A DNA stretch of 64,000 nt from an uncultured virus (IMG/VR IMGVR_UViG_3300031140_000597) (IMGVR_UViG_3300031140_000597:1-64000); one strand, 5' to 3'; counted from the stretch's first letter, positions 9,945-20,738 are shown. A program made the numbers and translations. Notes: generated from the letters alone by a model not told the origin.

Positions 9945-9955
9945 AAGGGATTATT

Positions 9956-10519
9956 ATGAAAATTAACGAAATTATAGAAGCAATAGGCGATTCACCTAGT
10001 GAATTTGGACAACGACTATCACAAGAAGATGATGATAATTTTCAACAAGTTCCTGGCAGAGTATTCGCTCAAGCGGTATCACGTATAAAGCAGAACGACT
10101 TAGCAAGAGGTGATGCAGCGAAGGGTCTTGAAACTTTGCATGTATACCCAGCAAATGAATACAATGGTATGAATTGTTTCATTGGTAAGAACAACTCAAG
10201 TGGTTATGCGATTGCACATGGTGATGAATTAGTTTCTGTGTTTAGTTCACAGGGATCATCGGGTAGTGCTATCATGCAAGATGCGATAAAGAATGGTGCT
10301 TCTCGTCTAGATTGTTTTGCTATTAGAAAAGAAGATGTATCTATTGAAGGTGGATTGTACAGCTTGTATTCTCGTCATGGATTTAGCATTGACAAGAGTA
10401 TGAATGATGGTGAACCTGGACAACCATATTCGATTCAGAATGGCGTAAGTTCGTACGTAGACGATAATGAGAAAGTGCATCCAAATGATCCGCGTGTTGT
10501 TATCTTCATGAAAAGATAA
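9956..10519 (+). CDS. hypothetical phage protein
   Basis: MKINEII N-terminus common in late proteins of large myoviruses; AAGGG RBS. Confidence 0.65.
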   Translation: MKINEIIEAIGDSPSEFGQRLSQEDDDNFQQVPGRVFAQAVSRIKQNDLARGDAAKGLETLHVYPANEYNGMNCFIGKNNSSGYAIAHGDELVSVFSSQGSSGSAIMQDAIKNGASRLDCFAIRKEDVSIEGGLYSLYSRHGFSIDKSMNDGEPGQPYSIQNGVSSYVDDNEKVHPNDPRVVIFMKR

Positions 10520-10553
10520 AAAAAGATAAATAAAACTATAGTTAATTATATAC

Positions 10554-10582
10554 TTGACATCTGTTGTCATGCAGTGTATAAT
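10554..10582 (+). promoter_or_regulatory. sigma70-type promoter for the tctA-tctC operon
   Basis: TTGACA-N17-TATAAT. Confidence 0.75.
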
Positions 10583-10739
10583 AACTACATAAATAAAAGA
10601 GTAGTGCAGATTTGTACTACTTCATTTCACAGCATAGTATAACAATAGCCGAGCGGCGATGTTCATATTATAAATCAAATTTCTAAAAACCGTCACGCTA
10701 TATGTGTGTCTTTCGCATGCTTAATTTAAGAGAACATAA

Positions 10740-12185
10740 ATGGAATATTTTACTATACTAATGGCTGGTATTGCTTACGGATTTATCGTAGGTTTAATTC
10801 CAGTAGCAGGAGCAACAGTTGGATTAATCGCCATCTACTCATTCGTTGGGTATTTTGATGATCCGTATATGTTGGTTGTGTTTACGACTGCGATAGTTGT
10901 ATCGTCTAGTATTGGTGATAGTTTCTGTGGTGTCGTTATGAATATCCCAGGAGCAGGTGGTGCAGCAGCGACCATGATTGATGGATTTCCTATGAGTCGT
11001 AAAGGTGAAGCAGCAAGAGCATTAAGTGCGGCAATATCTACATCATGGGCGAATGGATTAATATGGGGATTGTTAGTATTTTTGTTTTTACCATATTATT
11101 CAAAGATTGTTTTGTATTTTGGTACACAAGAGATGTTTACCTTCTTGATTTTTTCAATGACTTGTGTTATATTCATAAGTAGCAAATATTATGTTAGAGG
11201 ATTCATTGCGTTAATAGGTGGTTTTGTAGTTGGTCACATTGGAATGGACCCACAAACAGCAGCGCCACGTTGGACAATGGGTTGGGAATATCTTGGTGAT
11301 GGTATACAGATGATACCTGTTATGGCTGGTGTTTTAGCGTTCCCAGAACTAATAAGTGCATATCGTATGAAAGCGGAAAAGATATTCCTAGACAATGCAA
11401 AGATTAAATCACAATTGATTCAAGGTATTAAAGATAGTTGGAAATATAAATGGGATGGTTTGCGAGGCGGTTTCATCGGCGGTTTCATTGGATTGATCCC
11501 GGGCATTGGTGGTAACATAGCAGATTGGTTTGCATATAGTCAGACAGTTGCAGCAACAAAGAATGATGATGAGAAAGTAGGAAACGGACATGTACGAGGG
11601 GTAATTGGATGCGAAGGTGCAAACAATGCACAGAAGGCAACTAGTTATGTTCCTACTATATTGTTTGGTATTCCTGGCGCACCATTTGAAGTGATCATAA
11701 TGGGATTGCTTATGTATGTTGGTTTGGAGTTAGGCACGCCAGCAGTGTTGGCTGATACAAGATTCTTTGATGCATTGTTGAGCAGTTATATGTGGAGTCT
11801 GTTAATCATATTACCTATTTCATATATGTTTATCAAGTATGCAGTTAAGATAACCAATATTCCGTTTCAGTGGTACTTCTGGCCAATCTTAGCGAGTTTG
11901 ATTTGGTCTAGTACGCAGTACACAGGATTAAAAGAAGATTATATGATGCTTGCGATATGTTGTGTTGCAGGCATGGTGTTAAAGTACTTGAAGTTTAGTA
12001 GAGTAAGTTTTTTGATAGGATTTATCTTATCAGCAAGAATAGAATCTAGTTATTTGCAATTTACTGGATTATACGAGTGGGGTGATTTGCTAAGTAACCC
12101 ATTAGCAATCATATTTTTATTATTAGCAGCATTAGCTGCATATTGGGGCGCGTTTAAAAACAATGCACGCATTGATTTTGTTTAG
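10740..12185 (+). CDS. tctA: tripartite tricarboxylate transporter large permease TctA
   Basis: polytopic membrane protein with NIPG..AAAT..DGFPM...G.A.RAL, IG.IPGIGG, EGANNA, P...FGIPG motifs. Confidence 0.9.
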   Translation: MEYFTILMAGIAYGFIVGLIPVAGATVGLIAIYSFVGYFDDPYMLVVFTTAIVVSSSIGDSFCGVVMNIPGAGGAAATMIDGFPMSRKGEAARALSAAISTSWANGLIWGLLVFLFLPYYSKIVLYFGTQEMFTFLIFSMTCVIFISSKYYVRGFIALIGGFVVGHIGMDPQTAAPRWTMGWEYLGDGIQMIPVMAGVLAFPELISAYRMKAEKIFLDNAKIKSQLIQGIKDSWKYKWDGLRGGFIGGFIGLIPGIGGNIADWFAYSQTVAATKNDDEKVGNGHVRGVIGCEGANNAQKATSYVPTILFGIPGAPFEVIIMGLLMYVGLELGTPAVLADTRFFDALLSSYMWSLLIILPISYMFIKYAVKITNIPFQWYFWPILASLIWSSTQYTGLKEDYMMLAICCVAGMVLKYLKFSRVSFLIGFILSARIESSYLQFTGLYEWGDLLSNPLAIIFLLLAALAAYWGAFKNNARIDFV

Positions 12186-12197
12186 GAGAAATAACAA

Positions 12198-13259
12198 ATG
12201 AAGAAGTTAGTAATCGCAACGTTAGTTGCACTAGGAATGACAGTATCATCACTGCCTGCTATGGCAGATTTCACATTCATCGTACCGCAGAAGCCAGGTT
12301 CAGGCACATCGGTATGGACAGCAATCGTTGCTGGTGAATTAGAGAAGCATTTAGGTGAGAAGATCAAGATCGTTAATATCCCAGGAGCGAATGATATCCC
12401 AGGCTTTAACAAATTCCACAATGATCTACAGCATGACGACAAGACTGTTATGGTGTCGCATGGTGGTAACGGAGTGTCGTATTTGGTAGACCCAGTTGAC
12501 TATGACTATTACCAGTATGACCCAATCGGTATGATGAACTTGACTATTATCAACGGACACTCTCCTGGTTTTAATCCATACACAGGTGTTATTAAATTCA
12601 GTGCTGGTTCTGGTATGAACCCAGATATGATGGCACACATCTTATTGAAAGGTGGACCTGATCTTACTATGGCACAGGCAGAAGAGATTTTTGCTAGTCA
12701 GTACAAGTACATCAAAGGTATGTCAGGTGGTGATCGTAGACTTAGTTTTCAGCGTGGCGGTGAACTTAACGTAACTCGTGAGTCTACAGCAGCATACAAT
12801 AAGTATTACAATGGTAAGGAATTTTCTAAAGTATGGTTCTCACAAGGTGTATTTAACCTAGAGACAGGCGAAATTGATGCTGATCCTAACTGGCCTAACC
12901 TTTCAATTCATGAAGTATTTGAAGCGAAATGGGGTGTTGCACCACAAGGTGAATTCTGGGAAGCATTTGAACTTGTACGTAACTTCCGTGACGTGATGCA
13001 GAAAGCATTATGGATTAAGAAGGGTAGCCCTGAGACAGATCGTTTACGCGCAGCGTTCCGAGCAATGGCAGCAGATCCTGTATCAATGGCGAAGATTTAC
13101 GAAAAGACAGGCAAGTATGATTGGATTATCGGTGAAGATATGGTAGATGCGTTAGATATTCTGCGTGAGCAAATTAAGCCAACCACACTACGCAATCTTG
13201 TAAGTTTCTTACAAGTCACTGGTAAGCCAGCGATTCTTAAAGAAGATTTAATCAAGTAA
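12198..13259 (+). CDS. tctC: TctC/Bug-like periplasmic substrate-binding protein
   Basis: signal peptide; FIVPQKPGSGT, IVNIPGA motifs; follows tctA. Confidence 0.75.
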   Translation: MKKLVIATLVALGMTVSSLPAMADFTFIVPQKPGSGTSVWTAIVAGELEKHLGEKIKIVNIPGANDIPGFNKFHNDLQHDDKTVMVSHGGNGVSYLVDPVDYDYYQYDPIGMMNLTIINGHSPGFNPYTGVIKFSAGSGMNPDMMAHILLKGGPDLTMAQAEEIFASQYKYIKGMSGGDRRLSFQRGGELNVTRESTAAYNKYYNGKEFSKVWFSQGVFNLETGEIDADPNWPNLSIHEVFEAKWGVAPQGEFWEAFELVRNFRDVMQKALWIKKGSPETDRLRAAFRAMAADPVSMAKIYEKTGKYDWIIGEDMVDALDILREQIKPTTLRNLVSFLQVTGKPAILKEDLIK

Positions 13260-13267
13260 TATGATTT

Positions 13268-13301
13268 TAGAACTAGTGGACAATGTCTGCTAGTTCTTAT
13301 T
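13268..13301 (+). terminator. putative intrinsic terminator hairpin
   Basis: AGAACTAGTGGAC / GTCTGCTAGTTCT inverted repeat followed by TATTC. Confidence 0.5.
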
Positions 13302-13317
13302 CAGCAAGGACAACAGT

Positions 13318-13938
13318 ATGAAGACACTTGTTATTATGACAGGTCCACAAGGAGCAGGCAATCATCTGTTCAGTAAGGCATTGGCAACAAACCCATCGGT
13401 ATTTGGTTGGAACAACCTACTTGATACTTATTGGGAAGGTCATGATCAAGAACCATTTGCAGAGTATTGGATTAATCCAACTAAGTTAAGTGAGTTTGAT
13501 TGGGATATGTCAGATGTGTTTGTTACTAGTATTAGTTGTCCTTTCATTTATAAAGGCATTGAGTTACAACCTAATTACGATGATTTTATAAATGAAGCAA
13601 GTAAGTATGTTGATGTAAAGATATTAGTTATTGGTCGTGATGTTAATATATTGAATCATCAGCAAATCCGAGTACGAGGTAAAGAGACTACCCCTGTATT
13701 TCAGCAAGCAATTGGTAATCTATTACCATTAAATCCTATGTTTGTTTCACAAGAGTTATTATATTTGTATGGTCAATCGTATTTAAATTCAATAGAGAGT
13801 TATATCGGTTTACCTTTAACGAATGGAACATTGCTATTCAACGACATATTAAAAGTCAATGCAAATGCAAAATATATAGAACCAGTGATATCACATTGGT
13901 TAGATGAAGAAGTAAGAAAAGCGTGTGACAATAAATGA
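13318..13938 (+). CDS. hypothetical protein, sulfotransferase/P-loop-like
   Basis: LVIMTGPQGAGNHLFSK N-terminal motif. Confidence 0.55.
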   Translation: MKTLVIMTGPQGAGNHLFSKALATNPSVFGWNNLLDTYWEGHDQEPFAEYWINPTKLSEFDWDMSDVFVTSISCPFIYKGIELQPNYDDFINEASKYVDVKILVIGRDVNILNHQQIRVRGKETTPVFQQAIGNLLPLNPMFVSQELLYLYGQSYLNSIESYIGLPLTNGTLLFNDILKVNANAKYIEPVISHWLDEEVRKACDNK

Positions 13939-14174
13939 AAATTAGAACACACGATCCAGCCACTATTGTTATAGTAGTGAGGTGGCCACGTAGTCCTGAA
14001 TCATCTGACCCCAATGAACATTACCGTCCTTGGATGGAAGATCATGTAGGGAAACAGGGAGTTGATTGGGATTGGGGTCTGATCAATGATGATGCATCAA
14101 AGGACAACCTGAGTATTAGATTTAAACGAGATTTTGAAGCGTTAGCAATGCAAGCAAAACTAATGTGGGCTTAG
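13935..14174 (+). CDS. hypothetical protein
   Basis: overlapping ATGA coupling. Confidence 0.6.
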   Translation: MKIRTHDPATIVIVVRWPRSPESSDPNEHYRPWMEDHVGKQGVDWDWGLINDDASKDNLSIRFKRDFEALAMQAKLMWA

Positions 14175-14182
14175 TATAAATA
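14175..14182 (+). promoter_or_regulatory. T4-like late promoter TATAAATA
   Basis: intergenic, upstream of AGGAGG RBS. Confidence 0.7.
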
Positions 14183-14217
14183 CATGTAGTTGTGATTATA
14201 TTAGGAGGTAAGCAATA

Positions 14218-14667
14218 ATGGACGTATTTGATACACTTGGCATGGAATTTGTTGACATCATAGGGCCATGGATTGCTGTCTTAGTATCCATTTCGGCTGC
14301 ATTATGGTTTAAAGATTTCACTACCAATTTAATATATGGTATAAAGTTCAAAATGAATCCCTCATTCAATGAAGGTGATGCGGTTGTATTAAATGACGAA
14401 GATGCTATTATTGTTAAAATAGGTTGGGGTGAGTCAGTGTTCGGTGTGTACAGTAAAAAAGGATATACTTGGCGCTATGTACAAAACGATAGACTACACT
14501 TACTTAAACTTGAAAAAATAGTAAACAAGAACTTACATCTTGACACCGATGCAGAAAGAGGCAGACGTATGCAAGCATTGCTAGATTTAGCACAATCAGA
14601 TCAAATAGACAGCAATAGAAAAGATATTGAAAAATTAACTACCCAACTAAACAACAAATCAGAATAA
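14218..14667 (+). CDS. membrane protein with MscS-like beta domain
   Basis: TM helix then FKD...NL..G.....F.EGD.V.L...A.IVKIG pattern. Confidence 0.55.
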   Translation: MDVFDTLGMEFVDIIGPWIAVLVSISAALWFKDFTTNLIYGIKFKMNPSFNEGDAVVLNDEDAIIVKIGWGESVFGVYSKKGYTWRYVQNDRLHLLKLEKIVNKNLHLDTDAERGRRMQALLDLAQSDQIDSNRKDIEKLTTQLNNKSE

Positions 14668-14703
14668 TTCTGATTGATATCAGACCCCACACATAGGTAA
14701 CAA

Positions 14704-16149
14704 ATGAATAACAAATCAAATTTAAGACTCAACCAAGGAAGACGTATAGTACATTTTATTTCAAATGGAGCTATGATAGATGAACTATCGTCGCACGCTG
14801 AATATGTCACAAAACTAAGAAAAATTGCTGAAATATCAATGACAAATTCATGTGATCATAGTATTTTATCTAGTCTAGATAATCTTAATCACAATAAATT
14901 GAGATCAAATTTAATATCAGTCACTGAAATGAATTTTGAGATGGCAGTAATTTGGTTTGAGGGATCATGGGTCTTATCAAATGATTTTGAAGATGAATTA
15001 TTAAGTGCATATGATAATGAATGGTCAAAGACAGATTGGTTGGCTGCTGGTCACATCATAGATCGTCGTCCAAACACAGAGATGGCTACGTTTGATTCGC
15101 AATGTGTTATTATCAATCTTAAAGCATTAAAATCGTTGGATTATCCTAGATTGATGAAACGACAGCCGTTACAATCGCCTGTATATGAAAGTAGCGAAGA
15201 ACATATACATGATGATTATACTCCAATGTATCTTAAACCTACTGGAAAATTTAGCGAAGCAAAAGAACAAGGTAATGGTTATATAGATGCATTAATTCAT
15301 ATAGCATTGAGCAATGATATGTATATACACAATTTGTCATATAGTATCCGAGATGAGAAGTATTGTTGTTATCCCGCAGATGATATTGAAGAAACAAAAG
15401 AATGGTTAAATATGGATTTCTCAACCAAATCGCTATCACAAATTAGAAAAATAGCAGATAGAATTAGTGAAGATAAAGAAGAACTGTTTGGATATAAGTA
15501 TATGGATAAGATGATATTATATATAACAAATACTGAATCAGTTCCAAAAAAAGGTGCTATCAAATATAGTCATAATGTCATGACTTGTCCTGCCAGCGGA
15601 TTGCATCAGTTTATGCATATGATAAACGCAAGAGATACCTTAGAGAAAGTCATATGGACGGATTTCAGTGAAGCAGGGCTATGGTGGGTTGAATTCTTGT
15701 TAACAAATTGGGATGGAACTGATTTCATTGGATTCTATAAAGCACATAAACATCATATTCATGATGTCTATGATATTGACGACGATACTATATTATATGA
15801 TGAAGATTTAATTCATGGTTTCATGGAAGAAGTAGGTGACACTTGGTTAGATGATTGGGCTCATATTAAAAGTTTAGATCATACTTTTATGAAAATTAAT
15901 ATGGTAACTGAATGGAAAAGATTAGTTGATGCGATTGGTAATGATAATACAGTATTTCTACAAGTGAGTAATATTTGGCAATATGAAATTAATTATGTCA
16001 ATACAACACATTTCCAAGCACAAGCAGCGTACATTAATCTGATTAATGAAGTGTTATCTAATAATAAAGATTTGTTCGTAACTGGTGATACTCCAAGTGG
16101 AGTATATCAAGGATATCGTAATATGAAAGAGATTGCAAGTATTTTTTAA
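14704..16149 (+). CDS. hypothetical protein (481 aa)
   Basis: long ORF; HIHDDYTP motif; no family recognised. Confidence 0.7.
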   Translation: MNNKSNLRLNQGRRIVHFISNGAMIDELSSHAEYVTKLRKIAEISMTNSCDHSILSSLDNLNHNKLRSNLISVTEMNFEMAVIWFEGSWVLSNDFEDELLSAYDNEWSKTDWLAAGHIIDRRPNTEMATFDSQCVIINLKALKSLDYPRLMKRQPLQSPVYESSEEHIHDDYTPMYLKPTGKFSEAKEQGNGYIDALIHIALSNDMYIHNLSYSIRDEKYCCYPADDIEETKEWLNMDFSTKSLSQIRKIADRISEDKEELFGYKYMDKMILYITNTESVPKKGAIKYSHNVMTCPASGLHQFMHMINARDTLEKVIWTDFSEAGLWWVEFLLTNWDGTDFIGFYKAHKHHIHDVYDIDDDTILYDEDLIHGFMEEVGDTWLDDWAHIKSLDHTFMKINMVTEWKRLVDAIGNDNTVFLQVSNIWQYEINYVNTTHFQAQAAYINLINEVLSNNKDLFVTGDTPSGVYQGYRNMKEIASIF

Positions 16150-16150
16150 C

Positions 16151-16179
16151 TTGACAAAACAGTAAAAATATTATATAAT
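16151..16179 (+). promoter_or_regulatory. sigma70-type promoter
   Basis: TTGACA-N17-TATAAT. Confidence 0.75.
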
Positions 16180-16203
16180 AATTACTAATCATAAGGATAG
16201 TAT

Positions 16204-16908
16204 ATGTTAGATGTAATAATGCTTTCGTATGGCGAACCATCTGCCGACGAAAACTTCGAAAATTTAAAAAAGATAGCACCTCATGCACAGCGTGTAGATA
16301 GGGTTGATGGATTGTTGAATGCACATCAGGCAGCAGCGAACCTATCATCTACTGATTATTTCTATGTGGTTGATGCCGACGCTATCATCAGTCAGAATTT
16401 TGCGTTCAAATTTGAACCTAGTGCGAATCGTGATGCATATCCTGGCGTACCAGAGACAGAGTGTGTGTTCACGTACCGTAGTCATAATCCTATTAATGAT
16501 TTGGTTTATGGTTATGGTGGAGTGAAGTTATTCCCTAAGAAAAAACTATTGGCAACTACCGAGTTCAAAGTAGATATGACTACTAGTATTGGTGCAATAT
16601 TTAAACCATTATATGAGATCGCTAACATCACTGCGTTCAATACAGATCCTTTCAATACATGGCGCAGTGCGTTTCGTGAATGTACAAAACTAGCGAGTAA
16701 CATCATAGATCACAATAAGCAAATAGACGATGCATATCGTTTAGCAGTGTGGACATCGCGTGGTGAAAATAGACCATTCGGTGAGTATGCATTGATTGGT
16801 GCAGAGCAAGGTAAAGGGTTTGGTGAAGATTACAAAGACAATCCTGATGCATTAAAGAAGATCAATGATTGGGAATGGTTGAAGAAAGTGTTCAATGAAT
16901 CAGTCTGA
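16204..16908 (+). CDS. glycosyltransferase-like protein (GT-A fold)
   Basis: FYVVDAD DxD motif, YGYGGVKLFP, WRSAFRECTKL; paralog of the N-half of 48274..49839. Confidence 0.7.
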   Translation: MLDVIMLSYGEPSADENFENLKKIAPHAQRVDRVDGLLNAHQAAANLSSTDYFYVVDADAIISQNFAFKFEPSANRDAYPGVPETECVFTYRSHNPINDLVYGYGGVKLFPKKKLLATTEFKVDMTTSIGAIFKPLYEIANITAFNTDPFNTWRSAFRECTKLASNIIDHNKQIDDAYRLAVWTSRGENRPFGEYALIGAEQGKGFGEDYKDNPDALKKINDWEWLKKVFNESV

Positions 16909-17818
16909 TTTTATTAATAGACATGCATGGTTGTATGGGTTGCAAGAATACTTTATTGGTACAGCGTATGCAGCAGATTTTGATTTACTATTCAAGGCAT
17001 TGATGCATGATAATGGTTATCGTAAACGTGATCTATTGATACGACTTTCGCATATGGATAATTCTGCTATAGAGTTTGACGAGCAAAAAATGTGCAGTTT
17101 TTATAATTGTATAATGCATAAAGACTTGCCTGACTATGATGTGACACAGTCCAAACTAATCGGTTTAGTGAAGCATTTTGTTAAAGATGATTACACGCCC
17201 GCTGCATACAGATTCATACGTTCATTCGATGAAGACTTGGTGCCCGACTTTAATGATTTCTACAGTCGTGGGCAAATTGCTAGCAAGAAGTGGTTAGTTG
17301 AAGAATTAAGCAAAGTAGTTGATCAGAATGTATTAGGAAATGTAGCAGTATTTGGTGCATGGTATAACTTCATTGCACACATGTTGTTTGAGAAATTTAA
17401 TATAGATAAGATGTATTCGATTGATATAGATGGAGATGTTATTCACCATATTAAAAAAATGATGAGAAATCAAATCAACAGTGGTCAATTAGTTCCAATC
17501 ACATTAGATGCATCGACTATTAAATGGTTTAATAATGATATAGTAGTAAATACAGACGCAGGTGCAACGCATTGCAACGACATAGATCTTGTGATTAACA
17601 CTAGTTGTGAACATATGTCAGATGATTGGTTTAATAATCTACCCACAGGCACAATTGTTTTACTACAGACTAATAATTACTTTGACAATATACAGCATAG
17701 TAATTGCGTCAAGACATTAAATGATGCACTCGATAAATATAAAATGTCAAATATTCTATACAAGGGTACATTAAAAACTGAGTTGTATGATAGATTTATG
17801 ATCATAGGAGTAAAGTAA
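16895..17818 (+). CDS. methyltransferase-like protein
   Basis: SRGQIASKKWL, VFGAWY, SIDID, INTSCEHM, LQTNNY; paralog of the C-half of 48274..49839. Confidence 0.65.
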   Translation: MNQSDFINRHAWLYGLQEYFIGTAYAADFDLLFKALMHDNGYRKRDLLIRLSHMDNSAIEFDEQKMCSFYNCIMHKDLPDYDVTQSKLIGLVKHFVKDDYTPAAYRFIRSFDEDLVPDFNDFYSRGQIASKKWLVEELSKVVDQNVLGNVAVFGAWYNFIAHMLFEKFNIDKMYSIDIDGDVIHHIKKMMRNQINSGQLVPITLDASTIKWFNNDIVVNTDAGATHCNDIDLVINTSCEHMSDDWFNNLPTGTIVLLQTNNYFDNIQHSNCVKTLNDALDKYKMSNILYKGTLKTELYDRFMIIGVK

Positions 17819-17819
17819 A

Positions 17820-18068
17820 ATGGACGAGATAGTTACATTCGTTGTGGAAGATTTCATATATCCAAGTGAATATTCAGATGGAATGTATATGTATCTCGTA
17901 GTTGCAAATAGAATTACTGGTAGAATTTGTAATATGGGATTCAAGTACGAAGAAGATTTTACATTTGATTCAAGTGGAATGCGATCTACGGGTCATCGTA
18001 TATTTGAATATAGATTTAAGAAAGCAGAAGATGCAATGTTAGTTAGGATACAAGGAATAGAGAATTAA
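17820..18068 (+). CDS. hypothetical protein
   Basis: AGGAG RBS, tight operon packing. Confidence 0.6.
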   Translation: MDEIVTFVVEDFIYPSEYSDGMYMYLVVANRITGRICNMGFKYEEDFTFDSSGMRSTGHRIFEYRFKKAEDAMLVRIQGIEN

Positions 18069-18314
18069 ATGGATAATGAATTGTGGGATTTAATCTTAGA
18101 CGGATACGATCTAAGAGAATTACAAAGAGAATCCGCACGTGCTATTAGCACTATGAAAGCAGATAATGACTCAATCTATAAATTTAATAAAGTAGCACAG
18201 CATAACAGTCAGTTATGGTATCGTGCAGTGATTAAATATTATATGGAAGAGCATGGTGGGTTGCCTAGTCAGATTGGACCGGGCGTTGATGTGAAGTTGA
18301 TACTAGATGATTGA
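18069..18314 (+). CDS. hypothetical protein
   Basis: abuts previous stop. Confidence 0.6.
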   Translation: MDNELWDLILDGYDLRELQRESARAISTMKADNDSIYKFNKVAQHNSQLWYRAVIKYYMEEHGGLPSQIGPGVDVKLILDD

Positions 18315-18660
18315 GTTATTTTACGCAAACGTAGTATACGTTGCATATAGATTAATCATAACAGCACACGTAATCAAGTTTTTTAATAGATATGTAAACT
18401 ATTATGTCGCTGTACTGATTGCAGCACAATTGAGTTTCATGTATGATAATGGATTGTTTGCATTACTATTTAATGCTCAGAAATTACCAGTATTTGCAGA
18501 ATTAATTGTGGCTGATATACTTTATACATTAAGAGTATTGATTGCTTGGTTTGTTATAAAACAATTATGGAATGTAACCAACAATTATTATGTTGCAGTA
18601 TTTATTGGTGCGGAGATGACCTTCGTAGTAGATTATTTTATCTTTAATCAAGTGTATTGA
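18307..18660 (+). CDS. small membrane protein with internal duplication
   Basis: hydrophobic; NYYVAVLIAAQLSF and NYYVAVFIGAEMTF repeats. Confidence 0.65.
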   Translation: MIELFYANVVYVAYRLIITAHVIKFFNRYVNYYVAVLIAAQLSFMYDNGLFALLFNAQKLPVFAELIVADILYTLRVLIAWFVIKQLWNVTNNYYVAVFIGAEMTFVVDYFIFNQVY

Positions 18661-18682
18661 AGAAACTAGGAAATAGATAACA

Positions 18683-19771
18683 ATGTATAAGTATAAAGAT
18701 ATAAAACAATTACACTTAGAAGTGACCCAGCGATGTAATGCGTCATGTACTATGTGTGATCGTAATGAAAATGGTGGTGCAGTCAACAAACATATCAAAG
18801 ACAATCTGGCTGAGTTGACGCTAGATGATTGCATTGATATGTTCCCGCCTGATTTCATTTCGCAATTAGATACGATGTATATGTGTGGTAATTTGGGTGA
18901 TCCCATTTCCGCATCAGATGCATTGGAAATATTTGAATGGTTTCGTGCATGTAACGATGAAATGTGGTTGAGCATGAATACCAATGCAGGTGCAAGATCT
19001 GCGGAATGGTGGACACAATTGGCACAGGTCATTGGTAAAAACGGCGCAGTGATATTTAGTGTTGATGGATTAGAAAATACGAATCATTTGTACAGACAGG
19101 GCGTTAAGTGGGAGATTGTTGAGAGAAACATGAAAGCATTTATCGCTGCTGGCGGCAGAGCAAGATGGGATTATCTAATCTTTGAGCATAGTGAATGTGA
19201 TGTAGATCGTGCAGAACAACTAGCGAAAGAATGGGGTGTTGAGAAATTCATCAAGAAGAAAACAGGTAGATTCATTAGTGCAACTAGTGAAAAGAAAGAA
19301 ACACATCAAGGTACGAATCGTAAAGGAGCAGTAACACAAGTACTCGCGAAGCCTAAGAAAGCAGAGCATCAGAATTTGGAATTATTGAAGCAAGCAGAGA
19401 TAGAAAAAACATATGGTTCAATGAAACAATACTATGACACTGCTAAGATTAATTGCAAAGTAGCAAAAGATAAGAATATATTTGTAACAGCAGAGGGCAT
19501 TTTGATGCCATGCTGTTGGACAGCAGGAAGAATGTACAAGTGGTGGCATGATGATCCTAAAGTAGAACAGATCTGGGATTTCATTGATAACGCGGGTGGT
19601 AAAGATGCGCTGAGTGTGAAACTACATGGCATTGAAGGTGTATTCAATACTGGCGTAATGAAGGATATACAAGACAGTTGGGCAAAGAATAGTATAGAAG
19701 ATGGCAAGTTGGGCGTATGTTCAATGAAATGCGGCGCAGAGTTTGATCCGTTTGCAGCACAATTTAAGTAA
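18683..19771 (+). CDS. radical SAM protein with SPASM/twitch domain
   Basis: CNASCTMC, CGNLGDP, NTN, FSVDGL, C-terminal C...G.LMPCC...C.MKC. Confidence 0.9.
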   Translation: MYKYKDIKQLHLEVTQRCNASCTMCDRNENGGAVNKHIKDNLAELTLDDCIDMFPPDFISQLDTMYMCGNLGDPISASDALEIFEWFRACNDEMWLSMNTNAGARSAEWWTQLAQVIGKNGAVIFSVDGLENTNHLYRQGVKWEIVERNMKAFIAAGGRARWDYLIFEHSECDVDRAEQLAKEWGVEKFIKKKTGRFISATSEKKETHQGTNRKGAVTQVLAKPKKAEHQNLELLKQAEIEKTYGSMKQYYDTAKINCKVAKDKNIFVTAEGILMPCCWTAGRMYKWWHDDPKVEQIWDFIDNAGGKDALSVKLHGIEGVFNTGVMKDIQDSWAKNSIEDGKLGVCSMKCGAEFDPFAAQFK

Positions 19772-19781
19772 CAGGAGAATT

Positions 19782-20738
19782 ATGATGGGATTAAGAACAC
19801 AGTTGAAGGGTATTATTCGTAATTTAGATAACAATGCCAATATTGCCCAAGAACATTGGATGCGATCTGGTTACAAGGGTTTTAGGGATCAAATGTATAG
19901 TTACATAGATCAGTCGAATCATTGGAAATTGCAGATTCAAGAATCGGAACATGATGAGTTTTATGAAACCCAGCATATGCTAGTGGTAGGTTGTGGATTT
20001 GTTGGCAATACATTCGCTGATTATATTGAAAAAACAAGCAAAGTTAAGGTATCACGCATTGATCCTGTCGTGTATCCGAATAATCACATAGAAGATTACA
20101 AAACTGCTACCTGTGCGATAGTAGCAGTACCTACACCGTCGTTAGATAATGGTGAATGTGATGATAGTATTGTGCGATCTGTAATTGATGAATTGATGAC
20201 ACTTAATAACGATATTCATATTTTATTAAAGAGTACGGTATCGCCAGATATGATGTCTAAGTATCCAGACAATGTTACTTATTGTCCAGAATTCCTACGT
20301 GCTGAAACTGCTAAGGAAGATTTTGATAATCAGAAAACACTAATCATTGGTGTGGCAGATAAATCAGCAACAGAAGGGTATTACTGGGAAAAAATGTTAC
20401 TCGGTCCACTGAATCCAACAAAGTTTATGATTACTGATAGAAATACAGCAAGCATGATAAAATATGTTCACAACACATGGCTCGCTACAAAGGTAGCATT
20501 TTTTCATGAAGTTTATGATAAGACAAAAGATTTTGATTACGATTATAATCATATGATTAATATATTGGCAACGTTTGAGAACATAGGACCTAGTCATATG
20601 CAAGCACAAAATTGCAAAGGTACATTAGGATTTTCTGGTTATTGTTTCCCTAAAGACACATTAGCATTCCAGAAATTTACTGGTAGTAATATATTGAAAC
20701 AAGTGATTGATACGAATAATGAATTGTTAAAATTGTGA
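19782..20738 (+). CDS. UDP-glucose/GDP-mannose dehydrogenase family protein
   Basis: VVGCGFVG, VAVPTP, LKSTV, PEFLR, KY..N.WLA.KV.F, GFSGYCFPKD; AGGAG RBS before ATG 19782. Confidence 0.88.
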   Translation: MMGLRTQLKGIIRNLDNNANIAQEHWMRSGYKGFRDQMYSYIDQSNHWKLQIQESEHDEFYETQHMLVVGCGFVGNTFADYIEKTSKVKVSRIDPVVYPNNHIEDYKTATCAIVAVPTPSLDNGECDDSIVRSVIDELMTLNNDIHILLKSTVSPDMMSKYPDNVTYCPEFLRAETAKEDFDNQKTLIIGVADKSATEGYYWEKMLLGPLNPTKFMITDRNTASMIKYVHNTWLATKVAFFHEVYDKTKDFDYDYNHMINILATFENIGPSHMQAQNCKGTLGFSGYCFPKDTLAFQKFTGSNILKQVIDTNNELLKL

